Assembly (NCBI RefSeq): GCF_000008625.1
Contig: NC_000918.1
Span: 810,001-842,000, forward strand
Direction: 5' to 3'
DNA from: Aquifex aeolicus VF5
Lineage (GTDB): Bacteria; Aquificota; Aquificia; Aquificales; Aquificaceae
DNA length: 32,000 nt
Positions 1 through 9,023 of this stretch are shown here, one piece after another (the first letter of the stretch is position 1; the number at the start of each line of letters is the position of its first letter). A program made the translations under genes and the position numbers. The notes below the pieces were generated by a model that was not told where the DNA came from, did no database searches, and saw only the letters and a list, made by a program, of their open reading frames with translations.

Positions 1-691
1 GAAGATAGGAAAGTTTCCCTTCCTGAGGCCAGACGGAAAGGTTCTCGTGGCTATGATTTACGAGGACGGGAAGCCCTCTTACGTTCAGAGCATAGTTGCC
101 TACGTCCACCACGACCCCGACGTTTCCATAAATCACCTGAGGGAACTAATAATTGAAGAAATTATTAAAAAGGAAATTCCTGAGGAGTTCTTGACGGAAA
201 AAACGAGCATAAAGGTAAACCCCACAGGCAGGTTCGTAATTGGTGGACCCGTTGCGGACACGGGACTCACAGGAAGGAAGATAGTTTCCGACGCATACGG
301 AGATATAGGACTCTCCGGCGGTAGTGCCTTTTCAGGCAAGGACCCGACGAAGACAGATCGTTCAGGTTCTTACCTTGCGAGGATGATAGCGAAACACGTT
401 GTTGCCGGTGGATGGGCAGAGAGGTGTTTGGTTCAGATAGGGTACGCCTTCGGACTTACCGAACCCGTTGCTTTTGACATAGAAACCTTCGGAACGGAGA
501 AGATAAGCAAAGAAATACTGGAAGACGCTGTAAAGAAGGTATTTCCATTAAGACCAGCGGAAATAATAGAGTTCCTTGACCTCAGGAAACCCATATACAG
601 GCAAACATCCGTTTACGGACACTTCGGAAAGGAAAACCTCCCATGGGAAAAGTTAACGAAGCTTGAGGAGCTGAAGGAGTTACTCGATTAA
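1..691 (+). CDS. metK: S-adenosylmethionine synthetase, C-terminal part (5' end outside window)
   Basis: The frame is open from base 2 (KIGKFPFLRPDGKVLVAMIYEDG...), upstream of the ORF-track Met at 47. MetK motifs present: RPDGK, NPTGRFVIGGPVADTGLTGRKI, DAYG, GGSAFSGKDPTKTDRSGSY. Confidence 0.97.
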   Translation, partial: KIGKFPFLRPDGKVLVAMIYEDGKPSYVQSIVAYVHHDPDVSINHLRELIIEEIIKKEIPEEFLTEKTSIKVNPTGRFVIGGPVADTGLTGRKIVSDAYGDIGLSGGSAFSGKDPTKTDRSGSYLARMIAKHVVAGGWAERCLVQIGYAFGLTEPVAFDIETFGTEKISKEILEDAVKKVFPLRPAEIIEFLDLRKPIYRQTSVYGHFGKENLPWEKLTKLEELKELLD

Positions 692-1831
692 ATCAAGAAA
701 TTCTCTTATTTTCATTACCACGTAATCCTTCGGAGTTGTGTAAACCTTAACTATTTCATCTTCCACGAGGAGTACTTCCTTAAAACCCTTATCAAAGGCG
801 TAAATCAGGGAATGCTCCAGTCCCCTTTCCTTTACTATTTCCATTCCTACTTTTTTTCCCTTTTCCCTTAGGACATCCGCAAGCTTCAGCCCTAGACGCT
901 TTTTCGTTTTGTCTATCACGAAGTAATCCTTCTTTTCCACGTTTTTGGGAAGTATGTCAAGGAGTCTCTCCAAGTAAACAGCTCCGCCGGTTGCCGGGTA
1001 TTCCTTTCCGTAAATCTTTGATAGGTTATCGTACCTTCCTCCTCCCGCTAACGCCTTTCCGCTCTTCAGTTCGTAAATTTCAAAGATAACTCCCGTGTAG
1101 TAAGGGAAGTTCCTTACCTCTCCGAGGTCGTAGGCGTAATCTATGCCGAACTCCTCAAGCAGTTTCCCGAGCTCTAGGAGTTCTTCTTTTTCTTTTTCAA
1201 GATCGTACTTTTCCAGAAAGTTTAGAACCTCTGGATTTTTAGAAACTTCCACGAAGAACTTTATGTCGTTTCCGAGAACTTCCTTTAAAGCTTCCAAGTT
1301 CCTTTCTGAAAAGGCCCTCAGGAGTTCTTCCCTTTCATCGGCTACCTTTCTCACTATTCCCGCGTGGCTGAGTATCACTTTTAAGTCTTTAAGTCCCAAA
1401 GATTTCAAGAACTCGGTGAGTACCTGAATTACCTCAAAATCCGCGAGTATACTTTTTTCACCAATAAGCTCAACGCCGGTCTGGAGCTTCTCAAACCCCC
1501 TCCTGTCCAAGGAAAAAACTTTGCCGAAGTAGTAAACTCTCTCGGGGAGTTTTACGTTCCTGAGGTGGGATATAGTCCTCACCACCTGTGTGGTAAAGTC
1601 GAGCCTGAGACCGAAACTTTCCTTCGTGTAGCTGTCCTTGAAGGTTATCGCTTCCTTTGAACCTTCCCCAAAAGTGAGTTCCTGAAATTCGTAAGGTTCA
1701 AAGTGAGAAAGGTTTATGTAATCGTATCCGAAAGCTTCAAAAATTTTTACTGCTTTTTTGAATATCTCTTTCACGAGGTTGGATTCCTCTAAGCTGTAAA
1801 ATCTTTCTCCGGAAATCAGGGATGTTTTCAT
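680..1831 (-). CDS. hisZ: ATP phosphoribosyltransferase regulatory subunit / HisRS-like class II aaRS paralog
   Basis: 383 aa, class II aaRS-like (LRLDFTTQVVRT; FEKLQTGVELIG; AGGGRYDNL) with a divergent C-terminus. Start overlaps the hoxX stop by 4 nt. Confidence 0.75.
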   Translation of the reverse strand: MKTSLISGERFYSLEESNLVKEIFKKAVKIFEAFGYDYINLSHFEPYEFQELTFGEGSKEAITFKDSYTKESFGLRLDFTTQVVRTISHLRNVKLPERVYYFGKVFSLDRRGFEKLQTGVELIGEKSILADFEVIQVLTEFLKSLGLKDLKVILSHAGIVRKVADEREELLRAFSERNLEALKEVLGNDIKFFVEVSKNPEVLNFLEKYDLEKEKEELLELGKLLEEFGIDYAYDLGEVRNFPYYTGVIFEIYELKSGKALAGGGRYDNLSKIYGKEYPATGGAVYLERLLDILPKNVEKKDYFVIDKTKKRLGLKLADVLREKGKKVGMEIVKERGLEHSLIYAFDKGFKEVLLVEDEIVKVYTTPKDYVVMKIREFLDLIE

Positions 1832-3516
1832 AGAGAAAATTTTAGCCTCCTGTGGATTGCCAGATACGGGGGCGTCCTGAAGTGGGGTTTCCTCCTGACG
1901 AAGTAGTAGCGCGCTATGTGATAACTCGTGTCAAAGCCGTAAAAGTTGAGTTTCATCTTTTCGAGTTCGTGCTCCCTGCACTTTTGTATTTCCTCGAGCC
2001 ACTCCCCGGAAGTCCTTTCCTTTTTCTTTTTCTCTATAAATTCATAAAAATCCTTTGAGTTTATGAAATTCTTTATTCTTTCCTTCAGCCTTTGTCTGAA
2101 TTCCTTCGGAGTTTTCCCGAAAACGCCGTCTATTAAACCTATCTCAAAGGCCTTTTTAGAGCTTATGGGCATCCTGTTTTCCATAACCTCTTTTCCCTTT
2201 TCCCAGCCGACTCTTTTGGGTAGGGTATACGTCCAGAATTCAGAACCATAAAGGTTTCCTATGTTTTTGTAGTGAGGGTTCAGAACCACACCTTCCCGAG
2301 CAAACACAAGGTCACAGGTAAGGGCTAAGAACACTCCTCCCGCACCTGCGTTTCCCTGCATTCCCGCAACGGTTAATTTGTCGGGAGTTTTCAGTATTTC
2401 CTCACAGACGTCGTCTATGGCGTTTATGTTCCTCCAGGACTCGTCCGCGGGACTTTCTGCGTTTTCTATGGTGTTTAAGTTCATGCCGTTGGAGAAAAAG
2501 TCTTCACTTCCAAGCAGAACTATAGCTTTAACGGGTCTCTTCTTAGCGTACTTTATCGTTTCTAATAGTCTGTAACACTGCTCCGTGGACATCGCTCCGT
2601 TGTAGAAGTTAAAGTGGATAAAACCTATGCCGTCCTCTTCCTCGTAAAGGATTTCCCTGTAAGTTTTAAAGTCCACTTTTTCCCACGGCTTTATAGGGTC
2701 TTCCTTAACTCCTTTTAGGAATTCTCCGAGAACTCTGGCGGAGGGGAGTTTTATACTTTCCTTTTTTCTCTCCCTCATGTGGGTAATCCAAACGGCTCCG
2801 TCTCTTGTTCCTATGCACACAGCCTCGTCGCGAAGGGCGAGCACTTCACCGGGCTTTCCTTTCAATTCCTCTTCAGGATACGCGTTGAAAAGGAGAACCT
2901 CCTTCCCCAGAACTTTTGAAGACGCTCCGGGTTGAGAATCCGAAGCGTAAACTTTTCTGAGAACTGTTTTCGTATCGTCCTGTTCCCAGTCCACTCTCCT
3001 TAATTCCTGCTCCATTTTGGGATTCCACCAGTGTTCCTTTTGTGGCGTTGGTTTAAAATCTCCCCTTTCAAAGTTCTCCAGCGCTTCTAACACGCACTCG
3101 ACCACTCCTTCCGTCACTTCGTTTCTGTATATACTTGCCTTTCTTGCAAAGCGCATGGGAAAGGTTCTGTAAGCCCAAACATCTCCGGCGTCGTACTCTT
3201 CAGAGGCTTCCAGAAGCGTAACTCCCCATATCCTTTCTCCTTTCATAATAGCCCAGTCAAGGGCGTTGGGCCCCCTGTCTCCGGGAGGTCCGGGGTGGAT
3301 TATGAGAGTTTTGTACTTCTTCCAGACTTCTTGAGGTATTTTTCTCTTTAAGAACGGGGCTATTATCAGGTCTGGTTTGTAAAGTTCTGCAGCCTCTACG
3401 GTGAGATCGGGATGAACGTCTAGTTCAACGGAAACCTCGTGTTCCCTTTCCGTAAGTTCGCAGTAAAGTCTTTGGGAAAGGGAGTTAAACCTGTAGGAGA
3501 GAAAGAGTATTCTCAT
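1828..3516 (-). CDS. hoxX: Hydrogenase maturation factor HoxX/HypX (formyltransferase-like N-domain plus enoyl-CoA hydratase-like C-domain)
   Basis: 562 aa. N-terminal HPGPPGDRGPNALDWAI formyltransferase-like segment; C-terminal crotonase-like segment (GNAGAGGVFLALTCDLVFAREGVVLNPHYKN.GNLYGSEFWTY). Adjacent to hypD and hypC. Confidence 0.93.
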   Translation of the reverse strand: MRILFLSYRFNSLSQRLYCELTEREHEVSVELDVHPDLTVEAAELYKPDLIIAPFLKRKIPQEVWKKYKTLIIHPGPPGDRGPNALDWAIMKGERIWGVTLLEASEEYDAGDVWAYRTFPMRFARKASIYRNEVTEGVVECVLEALENFERGDFKPTPQKEHWWNPKMEQELRRVDWEQDDTKTVLRKVYASDSQPGASSKVLGKEVLLFNAYPEEELKGKPGEVLALRDEAVCIGTRDGAVWITHMRERKKESIKLPSARVLGEFLKGVKEDPIKPWEKVDFKTYREILYEEEDGIGFIHFNFYNGAMSTEQCYRLLETIKYAKKRPVKAIVLLGSEDFFSNGMNLNTIENAESPADESWRNINAIDDVCEEILKTPDKLTVAGMQGNAGAGGVFLALTCDLVFAREGVVLNPHYKNIGNLYGSEFWTYTLPKRVGWEKGKEVMENRMPISSKKAFEIGLIDGVFGKTPKEFRQRLKERIKNFINSKDFYEFIEKKKKERTSGEWLEEIQKCREHELEKMKLNFYGFDTSYHIARYYFVRRKPHFRTPPYLAIHRRLKFSL

Positions 3517-3528
3517 TCCGATAACCTC

Positions 3529-4671
3529 TTACTGAACTAAAGCCCTTCTGTACTTGTAGTAAGCCGCACAGGCTCCTTCCGAAGAAACCATACAGGAACC
3601 GAGCGGGTTTGAAGGCGTGCATACTGTTCCGAAGAGCTTGCAGTCCGTAGGTCTCGCAACGCCCCTTATTACCTTTCCGCATATACAGGCGGGGTGTTCC
3701 TTTGGCTCTGGAAGTTCAACCTCAAAGACCTTTTCCGCGTCAAACTCTTCGTACTCTTTCCTTATCTTCAGGGCGCTGTAAGGTATTGTGCCGAGTCCTC
3801 TCCACTCAAATTCCTTCCTCAGTTCAAATAATTCCGCAACGAGGTTTTGAGCCTTCAAGTTCCCCTTGTAAGTAACGAACCTTGTGTAATTGTTTTTAAC
3901 CTCAGCCCTCCCCTTGTAAATTTGTTTCAGTATTAGGTAAACGGCCTTCAGGACGTTTAATGGTTCAAACCCCGCTATCACCACCGGTTTCTGGAATTCC
4001 TCGGCAAAGTAGTGGTAAGGTTTCGTCCCTATTATCACGCTCACGTGCCCCGGTCCTATGAAGGCGTCTATCTCCACTTTTCCTATCTCCCTGATTTCCG
4101 GGGCGTTAAGTATGTGCTGGATCGCAGCGGGCGTTATAACGTGGTTGGAAACCACGAAGAGGTTTTTAATCCCTTCTTCCTTTGCCTTCTTTATAAGAAC
4201 GGCGGTTTGGGGAGTAGTGGTTTCAAAACCTATGGCAAAGAAGATAACCTTTTTATCAGGATTTTCTTTTGCTATTTTTAGCGTATCTAAGCACGAGTAA
4301 ACCATCCTGACGTCCGCACCTTCCGCCCGGACGTTGAGTAGGCTCTTCCTTTTCGAGCCCGGAACCCTCAGGAGGTCTCCGTAGGAGCACATAATGACGT
4401 CTTTCCTTTTTGCAAGCTCTATGGCGAGGTCTATCCTCTGCATGGGCATAACGCAAACAGGACACCCCGGCCCGTGGATAAAACGCACGACACCTTTTAG
4501 GAGCTGGTCTATGCCGTACTTCATTATGGCGTGGGTGTGCCCTCCGCAAAACTCCATTATGTTTACCGTTCTTCCTATCTTTTCAGAAAGTTTTTTTATC
4601 TTTTCGGAGAGTTTTAAAACCCTTTCTTTATCTTTATAGGCCTCAAAGATGGAAATTTCTTCAACCCTCAT
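3529..4671 (-). CDS. hypD: NiFe-hydrogenase maturation protein HypD
   Basis: 380 aa with HypD motifs MEFCGGHTHAI, GPGCPVCVMP, GFETTTPQTA, CTPSNPLGSCMVSSEGAC. Confidence 0.97.
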   Translation of the reverse strand: MRVEEISIFEAYKDKERVLKLSEKIKKLSEKIGRTVNIMEFCGGHTHAIMKYGIDQLLKGVVRFIHGPGCPVCVMPMQRIDLAIELAKRKDVIMCSYGDLLRVPGSKRKSLLNVRAEGADVRMVYSCLDTLKIAKENPDKKVIFFAIGFETTTPQTAVLIKKAKEEGIKNLFVVSNHVITPAAIQHILNAPEIREIGKVEIDAFIGPGHVSVIIGTKPYHYFAEEFQKPVVIAGFEPLNVLKAVYLILKQIYKGRAEVKNNYTRFVTYKGNLKAQNLVAELFELRKEFEWRGLGTIPYSALKIRKEYEEFDAEKVFEVELPEPKEHPACICGKVIRGVARPTDCKLFGTVCTPSNPLGSCMVSSEGACAAYYKYRRALVQ

Positions 4672-4912
4672 ACATACCTTCCTCTTTTTCCATTTCTTCT
4701 ATTATTTCTTCGAAAAGCTCAAGACTCTTGAGGGCTTCCTCTTCATCCAGCTTTTGTATGGCAAACCCAACGTGTACAAGTACGTAGTCACCTACGTTTA
4801 CAGGTTCTGGCATGAGTTCGAGGGAAATTTTCCTTTTGACTCCGAGGGTATCCACAAGGGCTGTTCCGTCCTCGTAAACTTCCACAACTTTAGAAGGTAT
4901 AGCCAAGCACAT
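4661..4912 (-). CDS. hypC: NiFe-hydrogenase maturation chaperone HypC
   Basis: 83 aa, N-terminal MCLAIPSKV and G.YVLVHVGFAI, typical of HypC. Overlaps hypD start by 11 nt. Confidence 0.96.
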   Translation of the reverse strand: MCLAIPSKVVEVYEDGTALVDTLGVKRKISLELMPEPVNVGDYVLVHVGFAIQKLDEEEALKSLELFEEIIEEMEKEEGMYEG

Positions 4913-4925
4913 GTCTACTTTAATA

Positions 4926-4954
4926 ATTATATTCCTTCGGTGAATGGTTGTTCA
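4926..4954 (-). promoter_or_regulatory. Candidate promoter for hypC-hypD-hoxX-hisZ
   Basis: On the minus strand: TGAACA (4949-4954), 17-bp spacer, TATAAT (4926-4931). The -10 ends 13 nt before the hypC ATG. Confidence 0.5.
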
Positions 4955-5001
4955 TAAAAAAGAAAAGCAAAAGGTTTCCATCTAAAAGTTATCCTATTAT
5001 T

Positions 5002-8000
5002 ATGGCGTTAGAACTAATAGAAAGAGGATGTCCTAACTGCGGAGGGGTTATAAGTTCGGACAGGCTCGAAAAAGGCTTGCCCTGTTCAAAGTGCCTTCCA
5101 AAACCAACGGAAGAAAAAGTGTGCGATGCCCTTGAAGAACTGAAAACGCTAAAGTACTTAAAACCTTTCTGCGATACGGATAAAAGTCTTGAAAGATTTA
5201 TAAATTTCTTCGAAAAGGCTGTAGGTGCAAAGCCCTGGAGCCTCCAGAGGGTTTGGGCAAAGCGCGTTTTTATGAACCAGTCCTTTGCGATAGTAGCTCC
5301 AACTGGAGTCGGTAAAACCACCTTCGGACTCGTTATGTCTCTGTTCTTAAAGGGAAGAGTTTTGGCAATCTTCCCCACAAGGCTCCTCGCCCAGCAGGCG
5401 GGAGACAGACTCTCGGAGCTCGCCCAGAAGGTTGGAGTTAACAAAAAAATTCTCATTTACCAATCAAAGAAAAACATAAGGGAACAATTCCTTAACGGTG
5501 ATTGGGACATACTCCTCGGGACAAATATGTTCCTCCACAAGAACTTTGAAAACTTAATTAACTTTAAGTTCAAATTAATCTTCATAGACGACATAGACAG
5601 CTTTCTCAAGAGAGGTAAAAACGTAGATTACCTCTTTAAACTTCTCGGCTTTTCCGGCGAGGAGATAAAGCTCGCCCTCAAGGAAAACAAGACCCAGAGG
5701 GATTATGACAGGCTTGCAAGGATAAGAAAGAGAAAGAGGGATACGGTTCTCATCGTTTCTTCCGCCACCCTCAAACCTAGGGGAAAGAGGGCATACCTCT
5801 TCCGAAATTTACTCGGTTTTGACGTCCAGAAAGCTATAACAACGTTAAGGAACATAGTGGACGTTGCGGAGCCCGTAAAGGATCTCGAGGAAGCTCTGGA
5901 AAAATCCGTGGAACTTATAAAGAAACTCGGGAAAGGGGGACTCGTTTACCTTTCTGTCTTTTACGGAAAAGACAAAGTTCAAGAAGTAAAAGAGTTTTAT
6001 AGAAAGCACGGTATAAACGCTGTATCTTACTTGGACTACAAACCCGAGGAGCTTTATCAGATCCTCGAAAAGGGCGAGTTTGACGTTGCGGTAGGAATTT
6101 CCCACATAACGAACCCCTTAGTTCGTGGAATAGACCTTCCCCACATAATAAGGTACGCGGTCTTTTTAGACCCCCCGAAGCACGTATTCCCGACGGAACT
6201 TACTTTAAGCCCCCCACTCCTCCACGGACTGCTTCTTACGCTTCTCAACCTCTTTGAAGGAGACGACAGATTAAAGGCCATACAGTACGTTATGTACTTG
6301 AAAAGGTACCTCACCCTCAGAGAAGAACAACTCGACAACTACCCGAGGATAAAGGAAAGAGTGGAGGAGATAAAGAACTTCCTTGAGAATTACTTAAAAG
6401 ACGAGAACTTCCTTAAGAAGATAAAAGAGAGTGAAGACATCTCCCTAGTTCCTAAGGAGGGAAAGCTTTATATAGTCGTGGGAGACGCAAACTCCTACAT
6501 TCAGGCGAGCGGAAGAACCTCAAGGTTTATAGCAGGAGGAATGACGAAAGGACTTTCCGTGGTTTACTACTCCGACCCGAAGGCCTTTTACTCTCTCAAA
6601 AAACGCCTTGCCCTTTATTACATGACACAGGAAATAGAGTTCAAACGATTAAGCGAAGTAGACCTAAATAAATTAATAAAGGAAATAGACGAGGACAGAA
6701 AGAGGGCAAGGGAAATCCTTCAAGGAAAAGGTGTAGCTCAGATAAAGGACCTCTTCAAAACCACCCTCGTTATCGTTGAAAGCCCAAACAAGGCGAGAAC
6801 GATAGCGGGCTTTTTCGGAAAACCCCAGATGAGACTCGTGGAAGACTCCGTCGCCTACGAAGTTCCCTTGGGAGACAGACTCCTCGTCATAACCGCCTCC
6901 CTCGGACACGTTCTTGACCTCGTAACCGATAAAGGATTTTTCGGTGTCCTTGACGACACGTACCCCTACCTTCCCGTGTACGACACTATAAAGATATGCA
7001 GGGAAACACACGAACAGCACACTGAATACGAGTACCTAAAGAAACGCTGTAAGGGAAAAATAGAGGACAAGCTGGAAATAATAAAGGGAGTTAGGGAAGT
7101 TTCTTACGAAGTAGATGAAGTCTTTATAGCAACGGACCCTGACGCGGAAGGGGAAAAGATAGGTTACGACCTGTACCTCCTCTCAAAGCCCTTTAACTTC
7201 AACATAAAGAGGGCGGAATTCCACGAAGTCACGCCGAAGGCCTTTAGAGAAGCCATACAAAACCCCAGAGAAGTTGACCTGAACCTCGTAAAAGCACAGC
7301 TCGTGAGGAGAATTCTCGACAGGTGGGTGGGCTTTACGCTTTCCCACATCCTCTGGGACGCCTTCGGTAAAAAGTGGCTCTCCGCGGGAAGAGTCCAGAC
7401 ACCGGTTCTCGGCTGGGTAATAAAACGCTACGAAGAGTCAAAGGAAAAGAAGGGAGAAATCCTCCTTCACGTAAACGACTTCCCTTTAAAGATAGAAATT
7501 GAGGACCTGATGTTCGCAAAAGAAATTTTCAAGGACCTTGAACTGGCGGATATATCCCTCTCAAACCCTCAGGAAGAGGAAAAAAGACCGCTTCCTCCTT
7601 ATACGACAGACACGGTTCTGGAAGACGCAAACGAGAAACTCCACCTTTCCGCTCACAAAACGATGAAAATACTTCAGGAACTCTTTGAAGCGGGCTACAT
7701 AACCTACCACAGAACGGACTCCACCCGCGTATCGGATGCGGGAAAGTATTTAGTTGCAAAACCTTACATAACGAAGATGTTCGGAGAAGAGTACTTCTAC
7801 CCGAGGAGTTGGGGAGAGGGCGGTGCTCACGAGTGTATAAGACCCACAAGACCCTTAGAACCGAAAGACCTTGAGTTCATGATAACCGCGGGAATAGCGG
7901 AATTCGAGGATCCGGAAAATGCTCTGAAGGTTTATGAACTAATATTCAAGAGGTTTATGGCATCCCAGATGAGACCTGCAAAAGTAATAACGGAAGAAAT

Positions 8001-8481
8001 CATTTTAAAACTCCCCTACTTTGAGTGGAAGGAAAGGGTTGTAACTGAGGTAAAGGAACACGGTTTTGACCTCATGTATCCGACCTTCAAAGTCTTTCCC
8101 AAAAAAGAAAAACTAGAAATTACACATAAAGAGTTCAGGGAAGTTCCGAAAGTCTACCCCTACACGCAGGGAACGTTAATTCAGGAGATGAAAAGAAGAG
8201 GACTCGGAAGACCTTCAACTTACGCCCAGATAGTCCAGACGCTTCTTGAAAGGCACTACGTTGTGGAAGAAAAGGGATTTTTAATTCCCACGGATCTAGG
8301 AAGGGAAGTTTACGAATACCTGACCAAGCACTTCCCCGAGTGGACAAGTGAAGAACTCACGAGAAAACTTGAAGAGGCGATGGACAAAATAGAGAGAGGA
8401 GAACTCGATTACATGGAAGTTCTAAAGGAGGTTCACAGGATAAAGGTACTCCTGAAGGAAGAAAAGGCTTTTAAAAAATAA
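5002..8481 (+). CDS. rgy: Reverse gyrase (helicase-like plus topoisomerase IA)
   Basis: N-terminal CPNCGG...CSKC zinc finger, GPTGVGKTT Walker A, DDID, topoisomerase IA domain with VIVESPNKARTIAGFFG, ATDPDAEGEKI and ITYHRTDSTRVS. The track ORF begins at a TTG (4948); the ATG at 5002 (MALELIERGCPNCGG) is the better start. Confidence 0.95.
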   Translation: MALELIERGCPNCGGVISSDRLEKGLPCSKCLPKPTEEKVCDALEELKTLKYLKPFCDTDKSLERFINFFEKAVGAKPWSLQRVWAKRVFMNQSFAIVAPTGVGKTTFGLVMSLFLKGRVLAIFPTRLLAQQAGDRLSELAQKVGVNKKILIYQSKKNIREQFLNGDWDILLGTNMFLHKNFENLINFKFKLIFIDDIDSFLKRGKNVDYLFKLLGFSGEEIKLALKENKTQRDYDRLARIRKRKRDTVLIVSSATLKPRGKRAYLFRNLLGFDVQKAITTLRNIVDVAEPVKDLEEALEKSVELIKKLGKGGLVYLSVFYGKDKVQEVKEFYRKHGINAVSYLDYKPEELYQILEKGEFDVAVGISHITNPLVRGIDLPHIIRYAVFLDPPKHVFPTELTLSPPLLHGLLLTLLNLFEGDDRLKAIQYVMYLKRYLTLREEQLDNYPRIKERVEEIKNFLENYLKDENFLKKIKESEDISLVPKEGKLYIVVGDANSYIQASGRTSRFIAGGMTKGLSVVYYSDPKAFYSLKKRLALYYMTQEIEFKRLSEVDLNKLIKEIDEDRKRAREILQGKGVAQIKDLFKTTLVIVESPNKARTIAGFFGKPQMRLVEDSVAYEVPLGDRLLVITASLGHVLDLVTDKGFFGVLDDTYPYLPVYDTIKICRETHEQHTEYEYLKKRCKGKIEDKLEIIKGVREVSYEVDEVFIATDPDAEGEKIGYDLYLLSKPFNFNIKRAEFHEVTPKAFREAIQNPREVDLNLVKAQLVRRILDRWVGFTLSHILWDAFGKKWLSAGRVQTPVLGWVIKRYEESKEKKGEILLHVNDFPLKIEIEDLMFAKEIFKDLELADISLSNPQEEEKRPLPPYTTDTVLEDANEKLHLSAHKTMKILQELFEAGYITYHRTDSTRVSDAGKYLVAKPYITKMFGEEYFYPRSWGEGGAHECIRPTRPLEPKDLEFMITAGIAEFEDPENALKVYELIFKRFMASQMRPAKVITEEIILKLPYFEWKERVVTEVKEHGFDLMYPTFKVFPKKEKLEITHKEFREVPKVYPYTQGTLIQEMKRRGLGRPSTYAQIVQTLLERHYVVEEKGFLIPTDLGREVYEYLTKHFPEWTSEELTRKLEEAMDKIERGELDYMEVLKEVHRIKVLLKEEKAFKK

Positions 8482-8517
8482 AACAATTTTTTGATTTGAA
8501 TTTCTATAATATTCATT

Positions 8518-8895
8518 ATGTGGGCCAGAGTACTTAAATTAATCTGCGAAGAGTTAGGAGACAGAGAGCTGTTCCTCTTGGAAGCTGACAAGGATCTTAA
8601 GTGGTTTGGAGCACCTGTAAAGGAAGTGTGTGAAAAGGTAAACTTTGACGCGAGGAACTCCGAAATAGCCCAGACCGTAAAGGCAAGCCTTCAGGAAGTT
8701 CAGGGAGAAGGATGGATAGTTTACGTAGATCCCTTTAATAACTTTGCGGATATATACGAGGCGAATAAACCCAGATACAGAAATAGGTGGAATCAGGAAA
8801 GACCTTACGACATAAGCGAAACACGTTTCCGCGTAGGATTTTTCCCTTCAAGGGAAGAGGCTTACGATTCTTCTTCAAGATTTCAAAGAGAATAA
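8518..8895 (+). CDS. Hypothetical protein, 125 aa, C-terminus possibly frameshifted
   Basis: Intact ATG-initiated ORF between two firm genes on the same strand. No family recognised. Confidence 0.6.
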   Translation: MWARVLKLICEELGDRELFLLEADKDLKWFGAPVKEVCEKVNFDARNSEIAQTVKASLQEVQGEGWIVYVDPFNNFADIYEANKPRYRNRWNQERPYDISETRFRVGFFPSREEAYDSSSRFQRE

Positions 8896-9023
8896 GGGAT
8901 CTTTACGACCTTAAATTGGACGTTATATACACTTAAACCGTTGTTTTAATTTTGAGCTTCCTCATAAACTTTTTAAGCTTAAATTATATCTTTAGGTAAC
9001 AAATTCTTTTGTGGAGGTTGTAC

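Noticed and set aside
1143-2575. Short plus-strand ORFs opposite hisZ and hoxX
   Set aside because: Shadow ORFs on the opposite strand of well-supported genes.
4012-4639. Several ORFs opposite or out of frame with hypD (89, 80, 97, 81 aa)
   Set aside because: All are contained within a full-length hypD with intact motifs. No SD or homology signal.
4948-5001. N-terminal 18-residue extension of reverse gyrase given in the ORF track
   Set aside because: It starts with TTG, overlaps the divergent promoter, and precedes the typical reverse gyrase N-terminus. ATG 5002 preferred.
7334-8347. Antisense ORFs opposite the reverse gyrase topoisomerase domain (61, 106 and 70 aa)
   Set aside because: They lie opposite a strongly supported conserved gene, have compositionally odd Arg/Ser/Leu-rich products, and are not credible as proteins.
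8471-8500. AAAAAATAAAACAATTTTTT as terminator after reverse gyrase
   Set aside because: The possible hairpin is pure A/T and unlikely to be stable. Left uncalled.
9009-9023. Track start of ForD at TTG 9009 (MWRLY...)
   Set aside because: The ATG at 9024 has a GGAGG just upstream and gives MAKKNPIQPGPEGY, parallel to PorD MAKLGPAGY.
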